NCBI GenBank assembly: GCA_049792735.1
Contig: JBARBE010000047.1
Location: 57,359-121,358 of the forward strand
DNA: 64,000 bases
From: Candidatus Acidiferrum sp.
GTDB lineage: Bacteria > Acidobacteriota > Terriglobia > Acidiferrales > UBA7541
Direction of reading: 5' to 3'
In this document: positions 27,701 through 36,496 of the stretch, piece by piece
How positions within the stretch are numbered: the first letter of the stretch is position 1
Layout: each line of letters starts with the position of its first letter
Notes under the pieces: model-generated
What the model was told of the DNA's origin: nothing
The model's input: only the letters and a program-made list of their open reading frames with translations
The model's database searches: none
Position numbers and translations under genes: made by a program

Positions 27701-28085
27701 GGCGTTCTATACGGCCCTTGTTCCGGCCACTCCCGCCATCGCTATCGTCGCGGAGAACGCGAACGGCGCAAATGCAGCCAACTGGCAATATCGGATCGAA
27801 GCGAACAACGCGAATCCGGGAAACGTGGTCAGCTATAACATTTATACGATTCAGCTTGGGGATGCGTCTGGTTTTAGCGCGTTGACTCCGAAACTTGTCG
27901 ATTCGAGCCCTGGGACTCCTTCGAGTGGCACGTTTACGATCACAATAGATGCGAACGATAGCCTTGTAATTAACAAAGGGATCTCCTCGTCGGGCGGGAC
28001 GATCACGGCAGCCGGCTCGACGAAGGCTCTAGCCACGACAGTTCAGAGTATGACGATCACTGATGGCGGGCCCGCCTGGCAATAA
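24759..28085 (+). CDS. Secreted lipoprotein: Ig-like repeats plus heparinase II/III-like polysaccharide lyase domain
   Basis: Has a lipobox LYLAGC at residues 26-30. There is one I-set-like Ig domain and three ~86-aa Big-like repeats, each carrying G.GCS...CG. The C-terminal region contains GGGHSHQDAGTFQVFRKG, typical of the heparinase II/III C-terminal domain. Confidence 0.8.
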   Translation: MLRACRTPRTHEWLALFLVVLSGTLYLAGCAGLTSANKPTSDPKGNGGSGAPSISSQPVSADVTVGQTANFSVAVTGTAPFSYQWRKNGTAISSATSSTYTTPPTTAADNGALFTVVVSNSAGSATSNAATLNVSATAGAAVAVSPTSTTVAVGAIQQFTATVTGTSSAAVTWSVSGAGCSGATCGTISQGGLYTSPASVPSPATVSVIVTSVANPTKSASASVTLVAAAAVLLSISPASVAVPTASTDSFTATVTGTTNTAVAWSLSGAGCSGSSCGSLATSSLAAVYTAPVVAPSPPSVTVAATSVAVPSKTATASVTIVPVVSVTVTPASMSVLTGATQQFNASVVGTSNTAVTWTVQGTGCSAATCGTITSSGLYTAPQTVPSPAGVTVTATSSADSSKTGSASVTILSASATNTIDGLNIPAGHPRLFWNAGRVATAQAWVASTGYAGLNTASARPLDDYDMAFTCFTMSGAVATGACSQVITDALALGPSGTNGTGAGDDNMRRNGEWIMLVLDWLAPGCGRAQCLTSAQVTTLTDNWNAWQSNQDNVIQTWGNVGMPANNYFAGQFRNDFDFGIATYGNNSNAATNLNYGMNSRWPDLLNFVSPSGTGKNGTHGYALNSQEGGGEYGRYSLNYYALPLASSAILGRDMWTETTAFKSGVFQTIYNTMPATTTSRSMWDMFTWGDDENWAGGANCGYQSHNGPDGHGGCGASSQYYGDFMQAAANEFPNTAVGKLARQWISTVNPAIGPIFLSVNPGGSSQAYSTMPLDYYSSGAQYMYSHGDWTSSGTSMLWQMGIYNGDNVGTTQYWGGGHSHQDAGTFQVFRKGVNIIRETAAYSETVAGYKGSGTVDAATGFAHNIPFVGGQASINIFGGCSDGPGIVKRLETQPNYSFAVTDLTLTYQNNVCDSSHPERENHYVVSVVREYYYLRGINTILIVDRLQTDAATRSTTFVSHCETNPTVSSATVACIDGTQEAFYTALVPATPAIAIVAENANGANAANWQYRIEANNANPGNVVSYNIYTIQLGDASGFSALTPKLVDSSPGTPSSGTFTITIDANDSLVINKGISSSGGTITAAGSTKALATTVQSMTITDGGPAWQ
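25182..25994 (+). repeat. Three tandem ~86-90-aa Ig-like (Big-type) coding repeats
   Basis: Residues 142-227, 233-322 and 327-412 share the pattern FTATVTGT..TAV.W.V.G.GCS...CG.I...GLYT.P..VPSP..V.V.ATS. Confidence 0.8.
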
Positions 28086-28210
28086 ATATCGGGGGTGCGG
28101 TCATCAACCTAGCCACTTCCCTCTCCGCGAGACCTTGCAGGGACTTGAACGGGAATCAAGATACAAATTACAGCTCGAGGCAAGGGCCGCTTTGGGCTTG
28201 GCATCGGATA

Positions 28211-29032
28211 TCATTTCTCCAGATAGATGACCAGCCCGCTCGCGAAGTGTCTCATGATAGGCAGGGCGCTGAGTACAGCGTGATCGACTCGTTTAACCGC
28301 CGGTCGGTTGAGCACTTGGATGCGCTTGCGCAAGCGGGAAGCGATGTGAAATGGTCTCGCCACCAGCCGAGAAAATTCCGGCCGTATTTCCTGGATTTCC
28401 TTCCAGGTGACGGGGCGTTCGCTTTTAGTGTAATCCTTCTCTTTCGGACGCAACCATTCGATCATCCTGGAATTTCCCATATGCTCGAAGAATAATCCAC
28501 GGCCTTCCGGCCTGAGGAGCCGTTTTATTTCCATCATGCCGGTTTGCAAACCGATGTGATGAAGGATTCCAAATCCGTGGATTACATCGAAGGATTCACT
28601 GGGAAATTCGGTCGGATCGCAGCGCATTAGCATCGCGTTAACGCGGTCGCCCACGCCATTCAATTTGGCGCGCTCTTTCGTGAGCTCAATCCCAACGGGG
28701 GAAATGTCGATTGCGGTTACCTCAGCGCCCATCTTGGCGAGATACGTAGCCTCTTCACCCTGCCCGCATCCGTAGTCCAGGACGCGGCAATCTCTAACGG
28801 ACCCGAGAAGTTTGGCTCCATACTGCCGCCAATCCCAATCGTATTGTGGCTCGGCGTACTTCTTGAAGAAAACCTGGTTCAAGAGCAGATTATGCGCGTA
28901 CCGAGCGTATGCTTGATCCGCGAATCGCGCCTCGTCGACAAGTCTTGCTTGCTCTTGCTCTAAAGATACGGAGCGGTTGGCAGTTTCTCCATGAAGAAAA
29001 GCCTTCAGCATAGTTGACATTGTGTCTCCCAT
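28211..29032 (-). CDS. Class I SAM-dependent methyltransferase
   Basis: Motif I is VLDYGCGQGEEATYLAKMGAEVTAIDIS. This is the last gene of the long minus-strand EPS operon. Confidence 0.85.
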   Translation of the reverse strand: MGDTMSTMLKAFLHGETANRSVSLEQEQARLVDEARFADQAYARYAHNLLLNQVFFKKYAEPQYDWDWRQYGAKLLGSVRDCRVLDYGCGQGEEATYLAKMGAEVTAIDISPVGIELTKERAKLNGVGDRVNAMLMRCDPTEFPSESFDVIHGFGILHHIGLQTGMMEIKRLLRPEGRGLFFEHMGNSRMIEWLRPKEKDYTKSERPVTWKEIQEIRPEFSRLVARPFHIASRLRKRIQVLNRPAVKRVDHAVLSALPIMRHFASGLVIYLEK

Positions 29033-29199
29033 TAAAAACGCATCGAAACGAGCTGCTCGGCTGCACTACCGCCGCCCATGCTGGCATCAAACATTCACGC
29101 CAATCTCCATGAACGCCGGCTTAACTTTCGGTCCTTGACGATGCACATAGACACTAGTGTCGTGTCCGAGGAACCAGAGGAAGAGCCAATGAAGACATC

Positions 29200-31335
29200 T
29201 CACTTTGCAGCGCAGCTCTCTTGCATGCGTCCAAGAACATCGTTGCTGGTCTTGACGCGTTCGGCCGCCATCGTTTCCTGCAGACCGAAAGCGACGCCGA
29301 CCCTGGGCTGCCAGCCAAGTTCGTTTTCTGCCCGAGCGCAATCAAACTGCATGCGAGCCATTGCCGACTTGACGCGATAAATGGAAAGCGGGGCCGGCCG
29401 TGTTAGACACTTGGACAAAACCTCGACCGCGAGTGCCAAGCCATAGAAGATGGCTACGGGCAGATGAACCGTTCTAGCCTTTGTGGCATTTTTCGAGATG
29501 TAGTCACGAACGACCTGGTTCTGTGTGATTTTGGTTCGATCCACGATATGGAAGACACGTCCATCGAATTTGCTTGTTTCGGCAGCCAGGACGATCGCAT
29601 CGATGACATCTTCTACATAAACCAGAGGCAGCTCGCGGGTGCCGTCGCCCAGAACGACAAAAAAGTTTCCCAATCGACGAGCCACTTCTGGAGTCAGTAG
29701 CGTCATACCTGGTCCGAAGACCCTTCCCGGGCGAAGCAGCACTGCACGGAGATGCCGATCTCGAACCGCATCGCACACTATTTTTTCGGCTGCCGTCTTT
29801 GCTTGCGTGTAGGCCCCCCGTTTTGTCGGGGACGGTTCCACTGGCCACTCCTCTGTAACCACGTCGCCGCGCCGCGCAACTGCTGCATGCAGGCAACTAA
29901 GGGAACTGATGTAGACGAGACGTCGCACGCCGTGCCGAAGCACACTATCGACAATATTTTGCGTGCCACAGACAGTGCCCCGTTCATGGTCATGGACGCC
30001 GCCCTTCATTGCCGCACCTACGTGGTAGACAATTTCCGTGCCCGCTACGGCGCGGTCTACGGCAGATGGATCTCCCAGATCGCCGAGAAAAACCTCGACG
30101 TTGCCATCGATCATCCATTCCGCTTCTGGCTGCCGCCGAACGAAGAGGCGAACGCGGTTCCCTTCTCTCAAAAGTCGTCGTACCAAGTGTCGCCCGATTA
30201 GGCCGTTTGCCCCGGTGACCAAAACTCTCGCGCGTCCCACAGTCCGGAATCGGCCCTGAAATTCGATTTTCGCGGCATCCGCCTGCTGAGAGACGCGGTT
30301 TGTCCAGTACACGGTGGAGCGCGCCCGCTCGGGCGGAACCGGCATCGGTGCGCCCGTTTGCAACGCGTTATAAAACGCAGCCACCAACGAATGTAGGCCA
30401 TCGTACTGAACGATTCTCTTGGCGGCGAAGCGCGCGACGTTCGCTGGCACCTGTGCGCAGATGCTGAGTCCCTCGGCCATTGCCTGCAAGGCACGTGCAG
30501 GCGCTTTCGGGAGCGGGAGTTGCGGGGTATGAGTGACCCACATTGCGAAGAGATTTGCCCGGAGAACACCTTTTGTTCCCTGGACGACAAACCAGTTCTG
30601 TAACGGCCGGACATTCCATGAAATCTGGATGTTCGCGGTGCCGCGTTCGCATTGCGCTGCCACGCGCCACTCGTCAAACAGGAGGTTGGAGTCGCCTCCG
30701 TGAGTGCCATAAAAAGCTTTCGCGTCTTCAATGGCCCCCAAGAAGGATTCGGCGAGATATAACGCGTGAACGCCTTGGTCCAGGAAAGGGTAGCCACCAT
30801 CCTGGTGATGAACCGGCAGCGGTCCTCCGCGGTAAGGAGGATATTCGCTACTGCGGAAGTAATCGAAAGTGAGCGGGTCTCCGATGGCGCCCGAGCGGAC
30901 GATATTCAACGCTTTGGAGACGAAGCGGTCGTACAACATGGAATGGTTGACACAAACGGATTTTTGAGCGGCCGCGCCTGCGTCGGAAATGCGGTCGACC
31001 TCTTCCGCATTCATCGCTAATGGTTTTTCTACGAGCACATGGCAGCCATTCTCAAGCGCCGCAATCGCCAATTTTGCGTGGGTGTCGGGAGGAGTGAGGA
31101 CATGAATAACGTCAACTCCCTCAAACATCATGGCTTCCATGGTCGGGAAAACTTTCGGGATGCCAAACCGGCCAGCCAGAGCTGTAGAGCGAGAGTGCAC
31201 TACGTCGGCAATTCCGACGATTCGCGCGTTAGGTACGCGCTGGATGGCGCGAGCGTGAAATTCGCTTATGTAGCCGGCGCCAACCAATCCGACGCGAAGA
31301 CGTGTATCCGGAGGCATTCGAGTTCCCTTTCCCAA
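29200..31335 (-). CDS. Fusion: Gfo/Idh/MocA oxidoreductase (N) + NAD-dependent epimerase/dehydratase SDR (C)
   Basis: The N-terminus has VGLVGAGYISEFHARA and EKPLA. The C-terminus has VLVTGANGLIGRHLV and the YTQAK catalytic motif. Confidence 0.85.
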   Translation of the reverse strand: MGKGTRMPPDTRLRVGLVGAGYISEFHARAIQRVPNARIVGIADVVHSRSTALAGRFGIPKVFPTMEAMMFEGVDVIHVLTPPDTHAKLAIAALENGCHVLVEKPLAMNAEEVDRISDAGAAAQKSVCVNHSMLYDRFVSKALNIVRSGAIGDPLTFDYFRSSEYPPYRGGPLPVHHQDGGYPFLDQGVHALYLAESFLGAIEDAKAFYGTHGGDSNLLFDEWRVAAQCERGTANIQISWNVRPLQNWFVVQGTKGVLRANLFAMWVTHTPQLPLPKAPARALQAMAEGLSICAQVPANVARFAAKRIVQYDGLHSLVAAFYNALQTGAPMPVPPERARSTVYWTNRVSQQADAAKIEFQGRFRTVGRARVLVTGANGLIGRHLVRRLLREGNRVRLFVRRQPEAEWMIDGNVEVFLGDLGDPSAVDRAVAGTEIVYHVGAAMKGGVHDHERGTVCGTQNIVDSVLRHGVRRLVYISSLSCLHAAVARRGDVVTEEWPVEPSPTKRGAYTQAKTAAEKIVCDAVRDRHLRAVLLRPGRVFGPGMTLLTPEVARRLGNFFVVLGDGTRELPLVYVEDVIDAIVLAAETSKFDGRVFHIVDRTKITQNQVVRDYISKNATKARTVHLPVAIFYGLALAVEVLSKCLTRPAPLSIYRVKSAMARMQFDCARAENELGWQPRVGVAFGLQETMAAERVKTSNDVLGRMQESCAAK

Positions 31336-32592
31336 CTAATGGGTGTCGCAATCAACTTGTTTCATCGGCGCAAACGTCTCGACCGAACTCTCGCCGAGGG
31401 CTAACTGGACCACGAAACGAGCATTTGTTTCCCATGTGTGGCGCTCGAGAACGACCTGTTTTGCTCGCGCGCCGATTTGATTCCTGAGCGCTGAGTCCTC
31501 GACGAGCCGGAGAAGCGCCCTTTCCAGGGCGATGTAGTCTGCGTGAGGAAACAGGATTCCCGTCAGATTGTCTTCAATCACGTCGCGCATTGGCCCGAGA
31601 TCCGGGACTACGCAGGGTTTGGCCATGGCCATAAACTCAAACAGGGCGATTGGAGAGCCGAAAGCATTGGAGTCGGGGAGCACGCAAATGTCCATCGCAT
31701 CGATGTATGCGGGAACGTCATCGCGTGGTACTGGGCCCGAAAAAATGACTTCTCTTTCCATACCCAACCGAAACGCGGTCTGTCTCAGCTTTTGCATCTC
31801 AGGGCCGTCGCCAACGAGCAATACTTTTATCTTTGGATGCCGGTCACGAAGGCTCTTCACTACCTCAATCAATGCGTCCAGACGATCCCAGCGATAGAAA
31901 AGTCCTACGTGACCGATGACGATCGAATCCTCGGCACCCAGGCTTGACCGAAGCGCGTGCTCACGGCTTGGGATTCGGAATCGATCTGGATCAATCGCAT
32001 TTGGCAAGACGTGTACGCGTTCACTTCTAGCGCCGCGCTGCCTCGCTTCGTCCGCGAGAACGCGTGAGACGCACAGAATATGATCGGCTCGCGAGAACAC
32101 CCATGCGTCAATCCTTCGTGCGAGGCGTTCCATGATCAAGCCGCGGGCGCGCGTGAATCCCGCAAGTTCATTCACCTCGAGAACCACTGGGAGCTTTAGC
32201 CATTTGCCTAACAGGACGCCCATGAACATGAAGTAGGCGTGTCTCTCGTAAAGGACAGCATCCCGTTGGCGCCACAATAGGGGCAATAAACGAAACGGGA
32301 GAAATAGGTTGTAAAGAAGCTCGAACGCTTCGAAAACAAACTGCGGGCACTCGCAGCTTATGTATTTCCAAACACTTTGAAGGCCATGTGCACGATCTGC
32401 CTTGCGCAAAAATGGCATCATCCCAGCGGACTTGAGCGGATCGACGCCCGGCGGGGAAACGATCGTCACCTCGTGGCCATCTGCTTTTAATGCCTCCACA
32501 AGGCTGCAAATGTGCATGGCTTGGGAACTGCGGCCCATGGTGCGATGGTGGTAGATGAATTGCAAAATGCAAGCCTCGGAACGTGAATACAA
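31336..32592 (-). CDS. Glycosyltransferase family 4
   Basis: GT-B C-terminal motif: GSPIALFEFMAMAKPCVVPD. It abuts the next gene with no spacer. Confidence 0.85.
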   Translation of the reverse strand: MYSRSEACILQFIYHHRTMGRSSQAMHICSLVEALKADGHEVTIVSPPGVDPLKSAGMMPFLRKADRAHGLQSVWKYISCECPQFVFEAFELLYNLFLPFRLLPLLWRQRDAVLYERHAYFMFMGVLLGKWLKLPVVLEVNELAGFTRARGLIMERLARRIDAWVFSRADHILCVSRVLADEARQRGARSERVHVLPNAIDPDRFRIPSREHALRSSLGAEDSIVIGHVGLFYRWDRLDALIEVVKSLRDRHPKIKVLLVGDGPEMQKLRQTAFRLGMEREVIFSGPVPRDDVPAYIDAMDICVLPDSNAFGSPIALFEFMAMAKPCVVPDLGPMRDVIEDNLTGILFPHADYIALERALLRLVEDSALRNQIGARAKQVVLERHTWETNARFVVQLALGESSVETFAPMKQVDCDTH

Positions 32593-32675
32593 AACGGCTC
32601 CAACTTCGGAGCTGCGATCTAGAGAGAATCAGCAGAACGCTGAGCTCCCCGTCGATGCAGAGTTTTTTGTTACGA

Positions 32676-33857
32676 CTAGCTGCGGAATGCGTTTTTCCAG
32701 GAAGAGTGCAAAGCGTGGCTTTGAGAGACGCAGCCATTGTACAGACTCATGTAATCATCAAACATTCGCTCCGGCCTGAAATATTGTTCGTAACAATCGC
32801 TCGCCAACTGCCCCATTTCGCGAAGTTTTTGCTTGCTTACAACCGCATCGCCCAACGCCGCGGCCATGCGCTCCGGATCGGACGATGGCACAAGCGTGGC
32901 TGCTCCAGACAAACGAGCGATCTCGCCCATACCTCCGACATCGGTGACTACCGCCGGTAGGCCAACGGACATGGCTTCCAGCAAGGAGACCGGCAAGCCT
33001 TCTGTGACGGAAGAACTCACAAATAAATCCGCCGCAAGCATGAATGGCGAAACATCCGCTTGTTCACCGAAAAAAGTAACGCATTCCTTCAGCCCAAGTT
33101 CATGAGCGAGCTTCTGTAGATCGAACTCGAGTGGACCATCGCCAACGATCCACAGCTGGACGTTCGGATGAAGCGCGCGCGTGAGAGCGACCGCCTGAAA
33201 TAAAGTGGGATGGTCCTTCAGCGGCACCAAACGACCCACATACAACAAGGTAAATCCTTTTTTGGGACGCGGGACAGCGCGCGTATCGGCGGGAACAGCG
33301 CCGTTGTAGATGTGGATGATCCTGTCGCGACGAGCGAATGGGGCCGCGCGCAAATTCGCGCGGGTGCCCTCGCAGACTCCGACGATCCAATCACACCAAC
33401 GTGAAGCTAGCGCAAATTTCAACTCACGCCGTATCTGGTAAGGACGCTTAACCAGGCCATGCCGGGTGACTATGACCGCCTTGACGCCCGCGAGCTTAGC
33501 CGGAAAAGCGGCGATGATAGCGGCCGTAGCGTTATGGCAATGCACAACATCGGGGCGGGAGCGTCGAAACGATTTGTACAAACTTCGCATCAAATGGATC
33601 AATCCGCTGGGGCGGTGGAGAACAACTTCAAAACCCTCATTTCGTAGCTCTTCTCCGAGGACGCCGACTGCATAGAGGCAATGCACCGACGCGGTGTGCC
33701 CTCGGTCGCGCTGCAACCGACAAAACGTGGCGGTTAGTTTTTCTGCCCCGCCCATTTCCATGCTGTCAGCCACATGAACGATATTCAATGGGGCAGCCCG
33801 CTCAGCTTGTGCGCGAGCTACGGGGGTGCGACTCATTGTTTCTGCGATGCCGCTCAT
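32676..33857 (-). CDS. Glycosyltransferase family 4
   Basis: Contains GGAEKL, EGLPVSLLEAMSVGLPAVVTDVGG. Confidence 0.85.
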   Translation of the reverse strand: MSGIAETMSRTPVARAQAERAAPLNIVHVADSMEMGGAEKLTATFCRLQRDRGHTASVHCLYAVGVLGEELRNEGFEVVLHRPSGLIHLMRSLYKSFRRSRPDVVHCHNATAAIIAAFPAKLAGVKAVIVTRHGLVKRPYQIRRELKFALASRWCDWIVGVCEGTRANLRAAPFARRDRIIHIYNGAVPADTRAVPRPKKGFTLLYVGRLVPLKDHPTLFQAVALTRALHPNVQLWIVGDGPLEFDLQKLAHELGLKECVTFFGEQADVSPFMLAADLFVSSSVTEGLPVSLLEAMSVGLPAVVTDVGGMGEIARLSGAATLVPSSDPERMAAALGDAVVSKQKLREMGQLASDCYEQYFRPERMFDDYMSLYNGCVSQSHALHSSWKNAFRS

Positions 33858-33879
33858 TGGGATCCAGGCCTCGTTGCAT

Positions 33880-35460
33880 TCATCTTGCGGCTTCTACAAC
33901 AGCTGGCTGCGGAACCAGGAAATCGACCAACCGTTTGAACGAAGATCCGACTGGTGTCGGTAGCAATGCGGAAAGTTGTAGCAATCGCCGGCGATCATCG
34001 GTCTGCAACACCGCAAACATTCGGCTTGTCACCAGGAAAACAATGGCGCCGACCGGAATGGCGACGACCAATTTCATGATGGGATCGAACGGCGTCGCCA
34101 CAATGCCGAGGACGACGATGGCCATTGCAAGAGTTGCGGCAGCAAGCCTCAGTAGCACAGGAATATCGATTCGAACGGGATAGCGAAGCAGGACGCGGCC
34201 CCAGATAGTCAGTGCGGCAACCGATTGGGCGACGCCATTTGCCCAGGCTGCGCCGAGCGCGCCGTGGCTTGGAATCAACGCGAAATCAAGGAGCACGTTG
34301 ATTGCCGCGGCTATACAGCCCCACTTCAGGATGAATCCCAGATCTTCGGCGGAATACAGCAGAGACTGGGCGGGCGTCAGTATGGCCTTCGGAATGCTAA
34401 ATAGTGCTACCACGATGAAAACCGGTATTGCTGGGAGGTATTGCGATCCGTAGATAACCCGCACAAATGGACCCCCGATGCACGCGACCCCGATCAGCAT
34501 AGGGAGTGCCCCCAGAAGGACATAGGTAGATGCTTTCGAGGTCATCCTGAAGAGGCGATCTTTATTGCGGCCGTACTCGGCCATCTGCGTGGCGGAGAGC
34601 GCGTTGGCAAAGGTCTGTGGTATTTGCATGAGCCGGTCCGCAACACTGAAACAAACCGAGAAGAAGGCTAGCTGACGAATATCGGGCTGCAACAACTTCA
34701 GGAAAATAATGTCGGAGCGGTCCCAAATCACGATCTGCAAAATCATCAGGCCAGTGCTTAGACCAGAGAAGGAAAACATTCGCTTGCGAATTTCCGGCGG
34801 CAGCGGGACGTGGGATACCGCTTTCATGGACTTAAGAACCGGAACGGTTTTCACGGCCAGCTCCGCTGTGCGATACAGCAAAACACCGGCGGCAATTCCG
34901 ACCAGATTCCATCCAAGAAGCAGACTCACCGCAACTGCGACCACATAGACGATCGCGCCAACGAAGGCGCCACGCGTATTAAGAGCGGCATCCTCGGCGG
35001 CAGTGTTCGCCTGAGAGGGTACGAACGTGATCATGTTCGGAATCATGCTCAAGACGAGCAAGATGGAACAGACACGATACGCGGGGTCGACGAGAGTGAA
35101 AGCGGCGATGATGCCGACGGCCGTTAACACGCACGCAATCACTGTTTGGGCCCAAAGGTTGTAAAAGAATACGGCGCGTGCGAGCTCTTTCTTACCGGCA
35201 CCGAGAAATTCGCCCATGTACTTGAACGTTGTGAGCGGAATGCCCAACGAACCGACAGAGCACGTGATAGAAGTGAGCCAAAATATCAGATTGAAATAGC
35301 CAAGCCGGGTGGGGCCGATGACTCGCGCGATGACCACCGTCGTCAGCAGAGTGCAAACGAGCGTGATCACCACTTCCAGGCCCATGAAAATGAAATTACG
35401 CCCAATCACCTTGGTGTTACTGGAGGCGAGTTTTGGCGCAGGCAGGGGTGGTGTCGTCAA
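33880..35460 (-). CDS. Wzx-like oligosaccharide flippase (polysaccharide biosynthesis protein, MOP superfamily)
   Basis: 526 aa with about 14 hydrophobic segments. The N-terminus KVIGRNFIFMGLEVVITLVCTLL is typical of this family. Confidence 0.85.
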   Translation of the reverse strand: MTTPPLPAPKLASSNTKVIGRNFIFMGLEVVITLVCTLLTTVVIARVIGPTRLGYFNLIFWLTSITCSVGSLGIPLTTFKYMGEFLGAGKKELARAVFFYNLWAQTVIACVLTAVGIIAAFTLVDPAYRVCSILLVLSMIPNMITFVPSQANTAAEDAALNTRGAFVGAIVYVVAVAVSLLLGWNLVGIAAGVLLYRTAELAVKTVPVLKSMKAVSHVPLPPEIRKRMFSFSGLSTGLMILQIVIWDRSDIIFLKLLQPDIRQLAFFSVCFSVADRLMQIPQTFANALSATQMAEYGRNKDRLFRMTSKASTYVLLGALPMLIGVACIGGPFVRVIYGSQYLPAIPVFIVVALFSIPKAILTPAQSLLYSAEDLGFILKWGCIAAAINVLLDFALIPSHGALGAAWANGVAQSVAALTIWGRVLLRYPVRIDIPVLLRLAAATLAMAIVVLGIVATPFDPIMKLVVAIPVGAIVFLVTSRMFAVLQTDDRRRLLQLSALLPTPVGSSFKRLVDFLVPQPAVVEAAR

Positions 35461-35530
35461 ATCAATTTCCGGATTGGAGAGAGTAGTGGACAGAAAGCCT
35501 GCGAACTTTTGAAGCAGCTAGGGGAGCAGT

Positions 35531-36472
35531 TTAGATTGTCCATGCGACCACGTTTTGGGTAGCCTTCTGTCCGGCCCTGATGATGGGAGAAGACGTCAAT
35601 GGAGATTCTTTTGTCTCGGCAATGAGAAAATTGAACGGTCGCAACGACTGGAGAAATCTCAGACACTCCACCGGGTCTCGCCTGGTGCGCTTAGCAACTC
35701 GCGGGTTAGCCTCGACCGTTATCACGCATTTTCGAGCCGCCGCGATCATCTCGGCGGCGCCCTGTAGCACCTCAAGTTCGCCGCCCTCGACATCAATCTT
35801 TATGGCCGCGTCGCCGCCTCGCACGCCAAAACTATCGATGGTGACAACTTCCAGCGGGCCTTCGCCGGGAATAAGAAAACGGGCGTGATCGGAATTGTCA
35901 TAAGCGGGAACTTCCAAGCGCCCGCTACCCCGGAAACAGCCTACTGCCTTGGTGATCGCTTTCGACGGAACCGGCAATTGAGCAAAATTGTGTTTCATGA
36001 AGCTGGCCACGTCGGGATTGGGCTCGAAGGCAATCACTTGCGCCACGCGGGTGGTTTGCGAACACACGAGCGCCGAGAACGTCCCGATGTCAGCGCCGCA
36101 GTCGAATAAAACGACATCAGAAAGCGGTTCAAGAAAGCGGCAAAACGAACGGATCAACTCTTTCTCATAGTTTTCGATGTCTCGCTGGTCCCAGCAGGTG
36201 TCGGGACGAAACAGTGGCACGCTGAATTTCACGCCGTGGCCCAGTTGGTATTGCGCGACGACATTGAGCATCCCCAATTTTGCGAAGATTCCGACCAGCC
36301 TATCTCCACCTCGAATCCGCCAACGGGTCATGGTCTTGGCAAGTCTCAAGAGCAGCGGAGCATGCGCGACAATTTTGGGGTTTAGAGACCTGTCCGTGGC
36401 TCCCAATAGAGTCTCTTCGGACACCATAACGTTCGAACAGCCCGACGTTTGAGGATGGCGAATCGTTTTCAT
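35531..36472 (-). CDS. FkbM-family methyltransferase
   Basis: Contains FDCGADIGTFSAL, AFEPNP and KIDVEGGELEVLQGA. Confidence 0.8.
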   Translation of the reverse strand: MKTIRHPQTSGCSNVMVSEETLLGATDRSLNPKIVAHAPLLLRLAKTMTRWRIRGGDRLVGIFAKLGMLNVVAQYQLGHGVKFSVPLFRPDTCWDQRDIENYEKELIRSFCRFLEPLSDVVLFDCGADIGTFSALVCSQTTRVAQVIAFEPNPDVASFMKHNFAQLPVPSKAITKAVGCFRGSGRLEVPAYDNSDHARFLIPGEGPLEVVTIDSFGVRGGDAAIKIDVEGGELEVLQGAAEMIAAARKCVITVEANPRVAKRTRRDPVECLRFLQSLRPFNFLIAETKESPLTSSPIIRAGQKATQNVVAWTI

Positions 36473-36496
36473 TTGGATTCTTCTCGCGACGAACGT

